Shown: positions 24,558 to 32,877, counted from the stretch's first letter. The stretch is 36,893 nt of DNA from Candidatus Nealsonbacteria bacterium (GCA_016188865.1 JACPGX010000005.1:75188-112080); one strand, 5' to 3'. Program-made: numbers and translations. Notes: generated from the letters alone by a model not told the origin.

Positions 24558-26327
24558 ATGGAGAATATGCGTAATTTCGTGGTGATGGCACACGTGGACC
24601 ATGGAAAGTCGACTTTGGCCGACAGGTTTTTGGAATTAACTAGTCAAGTGCCTTCGGGCAAAATGAGGCCGCAGTTTTTGGATTCTATGGACCTAGAACA
24701 GGAGAGGGGAATAACCATAAAAATGCATCCAGTTCGTATGGAATATAAAGGTTATATCCTGAATTTGATAGATACTCCGGGACATGTGGATTTTAACTAC
24801 GAAGTTTCAAGAAGTTTGGCTGCGGTGGAAGGAGCTGTTTTGTTGGTGGACGCCACAAAGGGGATACAAGCCCAAACTATTGGAAATTTAGAATTAGCTA
24901 GGCAGCAGGGTTTGGCTATTATACCTGTGATTAATAAAATTGATATGCCGCAAGCAAGAGTTGAGGAAACAGCCAAGGAAATAGCCGATTTATTAAAAAT
25001 TGACTCATCAGAAGTATTGAGAGTTTCGGGCAAAGAAGGCACGAATGTGGAGCAGGTTTTGGAAGCGGTGATTCGAGAGGTCAGACCTCCCGCGGGAGGT
25101 CTGACCTCAAACGGCAACTTGCGGGCGCTGATTTTTGATTCAAAATTCGATGCCTTTAAGGGAGTAATCGCTTACGTAAGAATTTTTGAAGGTGAAGTTA
25201 AGCGGGGAGACAATATTTATTTAATCCAAGGGCAGACTTCAAGCGAAGTTAAAGAAGTGGGGATTTTCAAACCAGACTTGACCGCTGCCGATTCGCTGGC
25301 GCCCGGTGAAATAGGGTATATAGCAACTGGAATCAAAGAATCTGATAGGGTTAGAGTTGGCGATACAATTACTAATTACCAAGCTGCAGAGCCCTTGCCG
25401 GGGTATATAGAACCCCAGCCGAAAGTTTTTTTAAGCATTTACCCTGAAGATTCAAATAATTTTGAATTATTAAAAACAGGTTTAGAAAAATTAAAATTAA
25501 ACGATGCAGCTTTAGTCTTTAAGCCAGAATTAAAAGAAGGGTTGGGCAGGGGATTTCAGTGCGGTTTTCTGGGGCTGCTGCACGCAGAAATTGTTTCAGA
25601 ACGCCTGAAAAGAGAATTTGACCTCGACCTTGTGTTGTCTTCGCCGTCGGTGTTGTATAAAATAGCCGTACAAGACGGCAAAGAAAAGTTTGTTTATACT
25701 TCTGCTGACTGGCCAGAGCAGGGTATCGTAAGTTCTCAAGAACTTTGGACGAAACTTCAAATTATAACGCCGATAAATTATTTGGGCCAAGTAATGGATT
25801 TAATTAAAACCATGGAAGCCAATTACCAGAAAACTGATTATTTGGGCATGGAAAAAGCAGAATTGATTTACGAAACGCCATTGAGAGAAATCATTACTAA
25901 AAATTTTTATGATAAACTAAAAGGAGCTACGCAGGGCTTTGCTTCCATGGGCTATGAAATTTTGGACTGGCGGCCGGCTGAATTGGCTAAATTAGATATT
26001 CTTATTTTGGGCAGGAAAGAAGAGGCATTATCTCGCATTGTGCCGGAGAGAGAAGTTTTTCAGGAAGGGAGAAAAACAGTTGAAAAGTTAAAAGACGTCT
26101 TGCCGTCTCAATTGTTTTCAGTGCCCTTGCAGGCGGCAGTTGGCGGAAAGATTGTTGCCAGAGAAACCATTAAAGCTAAAAGGCGCGATGTGATCGCCCC
26201 GCTTTACGGAGGAGATTATACGAGAAAGAGAAAACTTTTGGAAATACAAAAAAAAGGCAAAAAAGAATTGGCCGAAAAGGGAAAAATCCGAATTACTTCC
26301 CAGGTGTTTATAAAAATGCTACAATAA
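24558..26327 (+). CDS. lepA: Translation elongation factor 4 (LepA)
   Basis: RNFVVMAHVDHGKSTLADR, LIDTPGHVDF, NKID and GFLGLLHAEIV.ERL.REF. The C-terminal domain is present. Confidence 0.95.
   Translation: MENMRNFVVMAHVDHGKSTLADRFLELTSQVPSGKMRPQFLDSMDLEQERGITIKMHPVRMEYKGYILNLIDTPGHVDFNYEVSRSLAAVEGAVLLVDATKGIQAQTIGNLELARQQGLAIIPVINKIDMPQARVEETAKEIADLLKIDSSEVLRVSGKEGTNVEQVLEAVIREVRPPAGGLTSNGNLRALIFDSKFDAFKGVIAYVRIFEGEVKRGDNIYLIQGQTSSEVKEVGIFKPDLTAADSLAPGEIGYIATGIKESDRVRVGDTITNYQAAEPLPGYIEPQPKVFLSIYPEDSNNFELLKTGLEKLKLNDAALVFKPELKEGLGRGFQCGFLGLLHAEIVSERLKREFDLDLVLSSPSVLYKIAVQDGKEKFVYTSADWPEQGIVSSQELWTKLQIITPINYLGQVMDLIKTMEANYQKTDYLGMEKAELIYETPLREIITKNFYDKLKGATQGFASMGYEILDWRPAELAKLDILILGRKEEALSRIVPEREVFQEGRKTVEKLKDVLPSQLFSVPLQAAVGGKIVARETIKAKRRDVIAPLYGGDYTRKRKLLEIQKKGKKELAEKGKIRITSQVFIKMLQ
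25077..25108. repeat. Perfect 32-nt palindrome inside lepA
   Basis: GAGGTCAGACCTCCCG|CGGGAGGTCTGACCTC has 16-nt arms and no loop. It is in frame and encodes EVRPPAGGLTS. Each arm is itself GAGGTCNGACCTC. Confidence 0.97.
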
Positions 26328-26414
26328 CGGAGCTACGGTAAATATAATCATGCTGATAACAACCAGACTTATCAGCGTAATCCAGATTATTTTAGCAATT
26401 TTTTGCATTTTCAT
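26319..26414 (-). CDS. Possible 31-aa hydrophobic peptide (MKMQKIAKIIWITLISLVVISMIIFTVAPLL)
   Basis: Own translation of the minus strand. It has one TM-length hydrophobic stretch, and its stop overlaps the lepA 3' end by 9 nt. No clear SD. Confidence 0.25.
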   Translation of the reverse strand: MKMQKIAKIIWITLISLVVISMIIFTVAPLL

Positions 26415-26422
26415 ATTAATTT

Positions 26423-26794
26423 ATGATACCAAAATATAAGCAAATAAAAAAGCAGTCTTTCCAGAATATCTTTTTTATTGTCTTAATATCTTTCTTAATT
26501 CTTATCGTCGTCGGATTTTTAGTTGTTTCTAATTTCAGAATTAACCAAAAAAGAGCCAAATTAAATGCTCAAATAGAACAATTGAAAGAAGAAATTAGAA
26601 TGGCCCAAGAAAAGAAGCAGCAGCTGCAGGCTCAGCTTTACCAATCTGCGCAAGGAGAGTATTTAGAGAAAGAAGCCAGAGAAAATTTTAATCTTCAGAA
26701 GCCCGGTGAAGAAGTTGTGGCAATTTTACCTCAAGAAGAGGAATCCCAACAAAAAGAAAAAACCAAACAGTGGTGGAATCCATTAACGTGGTAA
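26423..26794 (+). CDS. Septum formation initiator, FtsB/DivIC-like
   Basis: N-terminal TM segment, a Q/E-rich coiled coil, and YLEKEARENFNLQKPGEEVV typical of the family. Confidence 0.7.
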   Translation: MIPKYKQIKKQSFQNIFFIVLISFLILIVVGFLVVSNFRINQKRAKLNAQIEQLKEEIRMAQEKKQQLQAQLYQSAQGEYLEKEARENFNLQKPGEEVVAILPQEEESQQKEKTKQWWNPLTW

Positions 26795-26798
26795 TTTT

Positions 26799-26872
26799 GC
26801 GGGATTAGTTGAGCGGTTCAACGTAACCTTCCCAAGGTTAAAAGACGGGTTCGACTCCCGTATCCCGCTCCA
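26799..26872 (+). tRNA. tRNA-Gly (anticodon CCC), CCA encoded
   Basis: Manual cloverleaf: GCGGGAT/ATCCCGC acceptor, GTTG/CAAC D stem, TAACC-TTCCCAA-GGTTA anticodon arm, ACGGG-TTCGACT-CCCGT T arm. Confidence 0.85.
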
Positions 26873-26952
26873 TGGTATTTAATGTCGGCAAAGGCGGGAA
26901 AATTCAATCCAGTTCTTGGCTGACTAAAAAATACAGTCAACTTTTAAAAGTA

Positions 26953-27750
26953 CTAGTCGGTGACCAAGCGGCCGATGAGGCCTCGTTTTTTAGCTACCCT
27001 GATCATCCAGTAAAAAAACATAATGCCTAGGGTGAAATAAACGAGGTTTAACGAAACTGCCCACAAGAGATGGGGTAAGGATATGGTTCCGTTTGCCAAG
27101 ACGAATCTCATGCCCTCAAAAAGATGCATGGTCGGTATGAGGATGGCAATTTTCTGCAAAAAGACAGGTAAAACACTTAGGGGGTAAAAAACTGCCGATA
27201 GCGGATAAAAGAGCATAGGCATAGAGAAGGCCAAGATATCCAGCGAGGGGCCGAAGCGTATGATTAATCCTATGGTAAATAGCCCTAAGGTCCAGCCGAA
27301 GATGAAAATGTTGATTAAAAAGGGTATCAAGTAAATGCCCAACTGAAAGGCAGGGAAAGCATAAAGGAGGGAGGCCAGCAAAATCATGGTGGCAAAAGTC
27401 AAAAAACCTTGGAATATGCTTATTAATGCCAAGCCGGAAACTAATTCTTTTATGCTTATAGGAGCTATGAAAATATTAATTAGGTTTCTCGACCAGACGT
27501 CTTCCATGAAGGAAACGGCAATGCTTTGCTGGGCACGGTTGAACAAGTCCCAGAAAATCAAAGCTCCAAGGAGTATGACTGTGAAATTTACGGTGCGTCC
27601 CGCTGAAATTCCTTCAAGCCATTTAGTGATGAAGCCCCATAAAAACAGTTCTAAAGTCGTCCAATAAAAAATACTGAAGATTCTGTGCCACGATCTTTTG
27701 AGCAGGAAAATATTGCGCAGAAATATTCCTTGAATCTTTAAATAGTTCAT
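26953..27750 (-). CDS. ABC-2 type transporter permease
   Basis: 265 aa with about 6 TM segments. It is translationally coupled (4-nt overlap) to the upstream ATPase gene. Confidence 0.75.
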   Translation of the reverse strand: MNYLKIQGIFLRNIFLLKRSWHRIFSIFYWTTLELFLWGFITKWLEGISAGRTVNFTVILLGALIFWDLFNRAQQSIAVSFMEDVWSRNLINIFIAPISIKELVSGLALISIFQGFLTFATMILLASLLYAFPAFQLGIYLIPFLINIFIFGWTLGLFTIGLIIRFGPSLDILAFSMPMLFYPLSAVFYPLSVLPVFLQKIAILIPTMHLFEGMRFVLANGTISLPHLLWAVSLNLVYFTLGIMFFYWMIRVAKKRGLIGRLVTD

Positions 27751-28484
27751 ATTTTATTGTTTTGGCCGGCTAAATGTATAAAGACCTCTTCTAAATCCGG
27801 TTTGTTGAATTTTTCCATTAACTCGCGGGGCGTGCCTTGGGTGATGATTTTACCCTTAAAAAGGAAAAGAATCCTGTCGCATATTTTTTCAATCTCTTTC
27901 ATGTTGTGAGAAGTCCAAAGAATGGCGCCGTTCGTTTCTTTCATTTTTTGGCAAATTCGTTCGCGCATTTCTTTAGCCGCCGAAGGGTCCAAGAATGCCG
28001 TCGGTTCGTCTAAAAGTAAGAGCTTCGGGTTATTCAAAAATGCCTTTGCTAAAGACAGCCGCATTTGTTCGCCAGAAGAAAGGGAGCCGGATTTTCGCTT
28101 TCTGAATTTGGTCAATTGGAACTCTTCAAGCAAAGCTTCGCTTCTTGCTTTGGCATCTTTGAAGCCGTAAAGCAGTGAAAAGATGAGTAAGTTTTCTTCG
28201 GGAGTAAGGTTATAGGGCAAAGAAGAATATGGGCCGGCAAAGTTTAATTTGCTCAAAATCTCATCTTCGTTTTTGGCGAAATTTTTTCCAAAAATTTTAA
28301 CTTGGCCCTCGTCGGGATTAAGCAGAGAAAGAAGTATGTGAATTATCGTAGTTTTTCCGGCTCCGTTCGGCCCCACCAGACCGACCACTTCTCCTTTTTT
28401 AATTTCAAAACTGACATGGTCTACGGCCGTAAAGCCATTGTATTTTTTAGTTAAATTTTCGACTCTAAGCATAGATTCTGCCAT
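27747..28484 (-). CDS. ABC transporter ATP-binding protein
   Basis: Walker A GPNGAGKTT, signature LSSGEQMRL, Walker B LLLLDEPT, H-loop TSHNM. Confidence 0.92.
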   Translation of the reverse strand: MAESMLRVENLTKKYNGFTAVDHVSFEIKKGEVVGLVGPNGAGKTTIIHILLSLLNPDEGQVKIFGKNFAKNEDEILSKLNFAGPYSSLPYNLTPEENLLIFSLLYGFKDAKARSEALLEEFQLTKFRKRKSGSLSSGEQMRLSLAKAFLNNPKLLLLDEPTAFLDPSAAKEMRERICQKMKETNGAILWTSHNMKEIEKICDRILFLFKGKIITQGTPRELMEKFNKPDLEEVFIHLAGQNNKI

Positions 28485-28527
28485 ATTGCAGTTATTTTAC
28501 CATACATGTTAATATGTTGGTATTAGC

Positions 28528-28603
28528 GCCACCTTAGCTCAGCTGGTAGAGCAGCACTTTCGTAAAGTGAAGGTCCGCGGTTCGAATCCGCGAGGTGGCT
28601 CCA
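28528..28603 (+). tRNA. tRNA-Thr (anticodon CGT), CCA encoded
   Basis: Manual cloverleaf: GCCACCT/AGGTGGC acceptor, GCTC-AGCTGGTA-GAGC D arm, TTCGTAA anticodon loop, CGCGG-TTCGAAT-CCGCG T arm. Confidence 0.88.
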
Positions 28604-28785
28604 GTATAAATTTTCAAAAATCTCTGATAGAATAAGTTCAAGCGAATTCGTAAACATACTTCAATGTTTAATTTACCAAAAGAAATCATCGTTTGGGATA
28701 GTCGGCCACATTCGGCCATAAACGATGTCCAGACTATTATTGATGGTTTAAGGGCCTTGAATAAAACTAAGATTACTACACGGCA

Positions 28786-28814
28786 TTGACTTTTAAGTTT
28801 ATTAGTGCTAAGCT
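28786..28814 (+). promoter_or_regulatory. Sigma70-like promoter of the 138-aa gene
   Basis: TTGACT, 17-nt spacer, TAAGCT. GAGAGGAGG SD at 28831-28839. Confidence 0.45.
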
Positions 28815-28845
28815 ATAAAAGTTAAAAAATGAGAGGAGGTTATGA

Positions 28846-29262
28846 ATGCCAGACGAGAAAAAGGGTGTTTTATGGGAGAACGAAGAGATGTCTCTGCAGT
28901 CAGCTTTTAAGCCGGCGATTCCCCGGACGGAAGGATTCCATTTAGTCCTTCTTCAAAAAAAGGATGTTCCTTCTCCATGGAGCAATCCCGAGCTTTACGC
29001 TAGAATGTCCAGAGTAGCCGCAATAACAAGCGGAGCGTTGATAGAACTAGGAATGGCGGATTGGGCTAATATCCAGTACAATGGCAACCTTGATGCGGGT
29101 AGAAAACCCAAGATGCACATTCACATTTTTGCCCGGCTTAAGACTGGTGATGACTGGGGTGGACCGCTCAAACTTCCTAGGAGCGAAGGACCTTACGGAA
29201 ACGATCCGCTGACTGATGAGGAAGTAGCACGTTTGCGTTCAGCTCTTGTTAATCGTTTATAA
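28846..29262 (+). CDS. Hypothetical protein, possibly HIT-like fold
   Basis: Strong SD 6 nt upstream. GFHLVLLQKK and KMHIHIFAR loosely resemble the HIT nucleotide-binding and His motifs, but the third His is replaced by Phe. Confidence 0.35.
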   Translation: MPDEKKGVLWENEEMSLQSAFKPAIPRTEGFHLVLLQKKDVPSPWSNPELYARMSRVAAITSGALIELGMADWANIQYNGNLDAGRKPKMHIHIFARLKTGDDWGGPLKLPRSEGPYGNDPLTDEEVARLRSALVNRL

Positions 29263-29279
29263 CTCTAATATCAAAAAGT

Positions 29280-29320
29280 GCGGCGCAGTGGTATAACCAC
29301 CTCGCCGCTCTTTATTTTTT
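29280..29320 (+). terminator. Rho-independent terminator
   Basis: GCGGCG...CGCCGC stem with an inner GTGG/CCAC, followed by TCTTTATTTTTTTT. Confidence 0.65.
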
Positions 29321-29348
29321 TTGAAAATGTGATAATATCAATAAAGAA

Positions 29349-30363
29349 ATGAATAATTCACAGGAAAAAACAGAAGATTTGCAAGTTAAAATCCGTCAGC
29401 TGGCGGACCGTCTTTGACATTGCCGGAAAACGGGATAAAATCAAAGAGCTGGAAAAAGAAATTGCTAACCCCGATTTATGGAAGGACCAGGCAAGAGCGG
29501 TAGAGGTTACCAAAGAATTGTCAAACCTTCAGCAAGAAATAGCCGAATTTGAGGCTATTAAAACCGAGGAGGATTTAAGAAAGATGGAGTTTCGGGTTTT
29601 TCTCTCGGGCAAGTATGACAGGGGTTCGGCTTTGCTGTCGATTTATGCTGGCGCCGGCGGTCAGGACGCGCAAGATTGGGCGGCCATGCTTTTAAGAATG
29701 TATTTAAGATATTCCGACAGAAAAGGCTGGAAAACGAGAATTATTGAGCAATCTTTCGGAGATCCCGGGCCCGAAGGAAGGATCGGCATAAAGTCAGTTG
29801 CTTTAACGGTGGAAGGTACTCATGCCTTCGGATTTTTGAAAAAAGAAACCGGAGTGCACAGGCTGGTCAGAATATCTCCGTTTTCGGCGCAATCTTTGCG
29901 CCATACTTCATTCGCTTTGGTGGAAGTTTTGCCGGAAATTTCTGCGCAAGACGAGCAGAAATTGGAAATAAAGCCCAGCGAACTGGAGGTTGAATCTTAC
30001 AAGTCATCGGGGCCGGGCGGCCAGAACGTTAATAAAAGAATGACGGCCGTGCGGATCGTTCATTTACCGACCAAACTTACGGTTACCGCCCAATCGGAAA
30101 GATCTCTGGCGCAAAATAAAGAACAGGCCTTGAAACTGCTTTATGCTAAGTTGTACCAGTTAAAAGAGCAGGAGAAAGTTAAAACGCTGGCCGAATTGAA
30201 GGGCAAAGCCGTATCCATTGAATGGGGCAACCAAATCAGGTCTTATGTTTTACATCCCTATAAAATGGTAAAAGATCTAAGGACGGAAGTTGAAACATCG
30301 AATACGGAAGGCGTGCTGGATGGAGATATTGACCAATTTGTAGAAGTCGAGTTAAAAGTATGA
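29349..30363 (+). CDS. prfB: Peptide chain release factor 2, requires programmed +1 frameshift at CTT TGA C (29412-29418)
   Basis: Frame 0 reads MNNSQEKTEDLQVKIRQLADRL then TGA. The +1 frame continues DIAGKRDKIKELEKEIANPDLW... into the tracked ORF, which carries SPF and GGQ motifs. Coding is 29349-29414 plus 29416-30363. Confidence 0.93.
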
Positions 30364-31049
30364 TTAGTTTTCAACAAGTAAGCAAAATTTATCAAGCAGA
30401 TGGCAGAACGATTACAGCTCTAAAAGATGTTTCTTTTGAAGTTCAACCCAAAGAATTTGTTTCTATTGTAGGCAGGTCAGGGGCCGGTAAAACAACCTTA
30501 TTCAAGTTGCTAATGGCTGAAGAAAAGCCCACTTCAGGTTCAATTTTTTTTGAAGGGCAGGATGTCCATCAAACTTCCCCCAATAAACTGCCTTTTTTGC
30601 GCAGAAAAATGGGAGCGATTTTTCAAGACTATAGATTGCTTCCATCTAAAACTGCTTATAATAATATTTCTTATATTATGGAAGTCATGGGGGCGCCGGA
30701 GGAACAAATTAGTGAAGACGTGCCCAAGGTTTTAGAAATAGTAGGGCTTGGAGAAAGATCCGCTAATTTACCGGAAGAACTTTCAGGCGGTGAACGCCAA
30801 AGGCTGGCCATTGCCAGGGCTTTGGTTCATCAGCCGGACATTATTTTAGCCGATGAGCCGACTGGCAACCTCGATCCGTTCCATACGCAGGAGATAATCA
30901 GATTGCTGCTGAAAATCAATGAGATGGGTACCACCGTCGTTTTAGCTACGCATAATAGAGAAATTATAAATAATATATCTAAAAGAGTGATCACTCTGGA
31001 CAGGGGAGAGGTTATCAGAGACGAGGCGGAAGGAAAATTCATTCTATAA
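30360..31049 (+). CDS. ftsE: Cell division ATP-binding protein FtsE
   Basis: GRSGAGKTT, LSGGERQRLAIARAL and ILADEPTGNLD. It is paired with ftsX. Confidence 0.9.
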   Translation: MISFQQVSKIYQADGRTITALKDVSFEVQPKEFVSIVGRSGAGKTTLFKLLMAEEKPTSGSIFFEGQDVHQTSPNKLPFLRRKMGAIFQDYRLLPSKTAYNNISYIMEVMGAPEEQISEDVPKVLEIVGLGERSANLPEELSGGERQRLAIARALVHQPDIILADEPTGNLDPFHTQEIIRLLLKINEMGTTVVLATHNREIINNISKRVITLDRGEVIRDEAEGKFIL

Positions 31050-31053
31050 GATT

Positions 31054-31962
31054 ATGTTTATTTCATTAAATAGGATTATAAAATCAGGTTGGGTTGATTT
31101 TAAGCGCAACAGCGGATTGTCTCTTGCCACTATTTTTATTATGGTTTTAGCTATTTCTTTAGCTACTTCGCTTTTCCTTTTTCAGAAAACATCGCAAGTT
31201 CTTACTAAAACCATAGCTGAAAAAGTAGATATGTATATTTATTTTAATACCGATTTGTCTTCCGACGATATTTTGGTGATACAACAAGAGCTTGCTGGCT
31301 TGGCCCTGATTAGGGATATTGAATACGTCTCCAGCGACGAAGCCCTTAAAAGATTTGTTTCCAGGCATAAAAACGATCAAGCTCTTATGGAATCTTTGGA
31401 GGAGTTGGGGGCGAACCCTCTTTTACCGTCATTAAATATCCAAGCTTGGGAGGCCTCGCAATACGCAGCCATATCCAGTTTTTTAAATAATTCCTCTTTT
31501 AATAATCTTATTGCCAAAATAGATTACCAGCAGAAAAAGCCAGTTATTGAAAAATTATCTTCTATCGCTTCCAGCATTAATGCGGCCGGTATTTTCTCAA
31601 GCATAATCCTAGCCCTCATAGCTATTTTGGTCGCTTTTAACACAGTAAGGCTGGCAATTTATAATTCGCGAGAAGAAATTGAAACGATGAGACTAGTGGG
31701 AGCTTCCAATGGGTTTGTCCGCGGACCGTTTTTAGTCCAAGGAGTTATTAGCGGATTTTTAGCAGCTGTAATCACGCTTATAGTTATTGGAGTTTCGCTT
31801 TTCTTCTTAAGCCCGGCCTTGAAATTTATATTGTCAGGGTTTAATATATTCAGTTATTTTGTCACTAATCTTTTTTTGATTTTTTTATCCCAAATATCAG
31901 TAGGCATCAGTTTGGGGTTCGTTTCCAGCTGGTTGGCAATAAGAAAATATTTGAAAATTTAA
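31054..31962 (+). CDS. ftsX: Cell division permease FtsX
   Basis: TM1, a large periplasmic loop, then 3 TM segments. Contains the EIETMRLVGASNGFVRGPF motif. Confidence 0.88.
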   Translation: MFISLNRIIKSGWVDFKRNSGLSLATIFIMVLAISLATSLFLFQKTSQVLTKTIAEKVDMYIYFNTDLSSDDILVIQQELAGLALIRDIEYVSSDEALKRFVSRHKNDQALMESLEELGANPLLPSLNIQAWEASQYAAISSFLNNSSFNNLIAKIDYQQKKPVIEKLSSIASSINAAGIFSSIILALIAILVAFNTVRLAIYNSREEIETMRLVGASNGFVRGPFLVQGVISGFLAAVITLIVIGVSLFFLSPALKFILSGFNIFSYFVTNLFLIFLSQISVGISLGFVSSWLAIRKYLKI

Positions 31963-31965
31963 TTT

Positions 31966-32039
31966 TCCGGGTTCGGCTAATGGTAGGCCAATAGCCTCTG
32001 GAGCTATGAATCCTCGTTCGAATCGAGGACCCGGAACCA
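31966..32039 (+). tRNA. tRNA-Gln (anticodon CTG), CCA encoded
   Basis: Manual cloverleaf: TCCGGGT/ACCCGGA acceptor with the U1-A72 pair typical of bacterial tRNA-Gln, ATAGC-CTCTGGA-GCTAT anticodon arm, CCTCG-TTCGAAT-CGAGG T arm. Confidence 0.85.
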
Positions 32040-32057
32040 TCACATGCTGAGTCAGGT

Positions 32058-32068
32058 GACCGAGAGGC
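32058..32068 (+). repeat. Junction motif GACCGAGAGGC, copy 1
   Basis: Read directly, 19 nt after the tRNA-Gln CCA and 10 nt before a -35 hexamer. Confidence 0.8.
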
Positions 32069-32078
32069 ATTAGAGGGC

Positions 32079-32107
32079 TTTACAAAAGTTTAATTTAGGT
32101 GTAATAT
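32079..32107 (+). promoter_or_regulatory. Sigma70-like promoter of the Zn-ribbon gene
   Basis: TTTACA, 17-nt spacer, TAATAT. Double SD AAGGAGGTAAGGAG at 32122-32135. Confidence 0.5.
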
Positions 32108-32140
32108 AACATTACAAAACAAAGGAGGTAAGGAGAAGCG

Positions 32141-32395
32141 ATGGAAGCCTACAAAACTATCTGCCCGGACTGTGGCCATGTTAGGTTTTGGGTCGGTTAT
32201 AAGACAGGGATCGGCAAAACGCCAGAGCAACTACAGGCGATGCACGACGCTCGAATTACGTGTGTTAAATGTGGTTCCAAGAAAGCAAATACTGAATTAG
32301 ACCGCGAATCAGAAGCTGGTCAAGTGTATGGCGAAAGCTATAAATATGCCGCTGGGATGATTGCGGATATTCTAAAGCAAAAGTTAAAAAAATAA
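32141..32395 (+). CDS. Small zinc-ribbon protein (84 aa), function unknown
   Basis: Contains CPDC...CVKC and has a strong SD. Confidence 0.65.
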   Translation: MEAYKTICPDCGHVRFWVGYKTGIGKTPEQLQAMHDARITCVKCGSKKANTELDRESEAGQVYGESYKYAAGMIADILKQKLKK

Positions 32396-32475
32396 TCAAA
32401 ACGATCTATATTTAAGTGCCCATTTAATCGAATGCGACACTTTTTTAAAAATATAATTTCCCGAACAAAATGCCC

Positions 32476-32486
32476 GACCGAGACGC
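32476..32486 (+). repeat. Junction motif GACCGAGACGC, copy 2
   Basis: Embedded in the imperfect hairpin CCCGACCGAG-ACGC-CTCGGCGGG (32473-32495). Confidence 0.8.
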
Positions 32487-32498
32487 CTCGGCGGGGGA

Positions 32499-32547
32499 GC
32501 CGAAAATAGGCCGAATTTCTCTCTAATAACTAGGTTCTAGACCGGGG
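32499..32547 (+). repeat. Promoter-like junction block, copy 1 (decayed)
   Basis: GCCGAAAATAGGCCGAATTT..CTAATAACTAGGTTCTAGACCGGGG aligns with the blocks at 32933, 33561 and 34171. Confidence 0.6.
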
Positions 32548-32579
32548 ATCACAGCACCAGTCAGCGCAGTATCGTGGCC

Positions 32580-32590
32580 GACCGAGAGGC
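32580..32590 (+). repeat. Junction motif GACCGAGAGGC, copy 3
   Basis: Preceded by AGTCAG..., like copy 1, and followed by a promoter. Confidence 0.8.
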
Positions 32591-32607
32591 GTTAAAAGAT
32601 GGGCGCA

Positions 32608-32635
32608 TTGACATTAAATTGAATTTTGTTAAATT
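32608..32635 (+). promoter_or_regulatory. Sigma70-like promoter of the HTH gene
   Basis: TTGACA, 16-nt spacer, TAAATT. SD AAGGAGG at 32660-32666. Confidence 0.4.
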
Positions 32636-32670
32636 TAAATTAGATATTTGAAAATTTGAAAGGAGGTAAG

Positions 32671-32877
32671 ATGATGAAAGACATCCGAATCGAATTACGT
32701 AATTTATTGAATACTTTTTTGACAAATCATCCTGGCAGCGAACCCGAACTTGCTCGTGAGTTGAGAGTATCAGTACCTACAATCAAGCGTTGGGCCAAAG
32801 GAGAGAGTGCCCCTCATCCCTTCGGATGCAAACCAGTCATTGAGTACCTAAAAAAGAAATTATCCGCAGGGCCGTAA
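32671..32877 (+). CDS. Cro/XRE-like helix-turn-helix protein (68 aa)
   Basis: ELARELRVSVPTIKRWAKGESAP is a typical HTH recognition segment. ATG 32671 lies 4 nt after AAGGAGG. Confidence 0.6.
   Translation: MMKDIRIELRNLLNTFLTNHPGSEPELARELRVSVPTIKRWAKGESAPHPFGCKPVIEYLKKKLSAGP

Noticed and set aside
26886-26930. The sequence after tRNA-Gly (GGCAAAGGCGGGAAAATTCAATCC..TTCTTGGCTGAC) loosely resembles the promoter-like junction block of the tRNA-Gln array.
   Set aside because: Identity is roughly 60% and needs gaps, there is no GACCGAGA motif, and the sequence lies at the 3' end of the convergent ABC operon. I judged it not distinguishable from chance in AT-rich spacer.
28842-28844. ATG at 28842 as the start of the gene downstream of tRNA-Thr.
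   Set aside because: It lies only 2 nt from the SD and opens a 22-codon dead-end frame. ATG 28846 has proper spacing and opens the 138-aa ORF.
29415-29417. In-frame TGA in prfB as evidence for UGA recoding (alternative genetic code).
   Set aside because: The context is the classical CTT TGA C +1 frameshift site. TGA is also used as an ordinary stop elsewhere in the window (e.g. adk 4736-4738, and 14464-14466).
32050-32075. GTGACCGAGAGGCATTAGAGGGC and its relative at 32574-32600 resemble the D-arm of tRNA-Ser (GTGGCCGAGAGGCTGAAGGCGC), which would suggest tRNA gene fragments as att remnants.
   Set aside because: The D stem would not pair (GAC...), no anticodon or T arm follows, and the other copies diverge from the tRNA pattern. 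The similarity may be coincidental. It deserves a tRNA-fragment search but cannot be supported by eye.
32457-32470. TCCCGAACAAAA as a possible direct repeat of the tRNA-Gln 3' end (ACCCGGAACCA), which would mark an attR.
   Set aside because: It is only a gapped partial match of about 9 nt, too weak to call without statistics.
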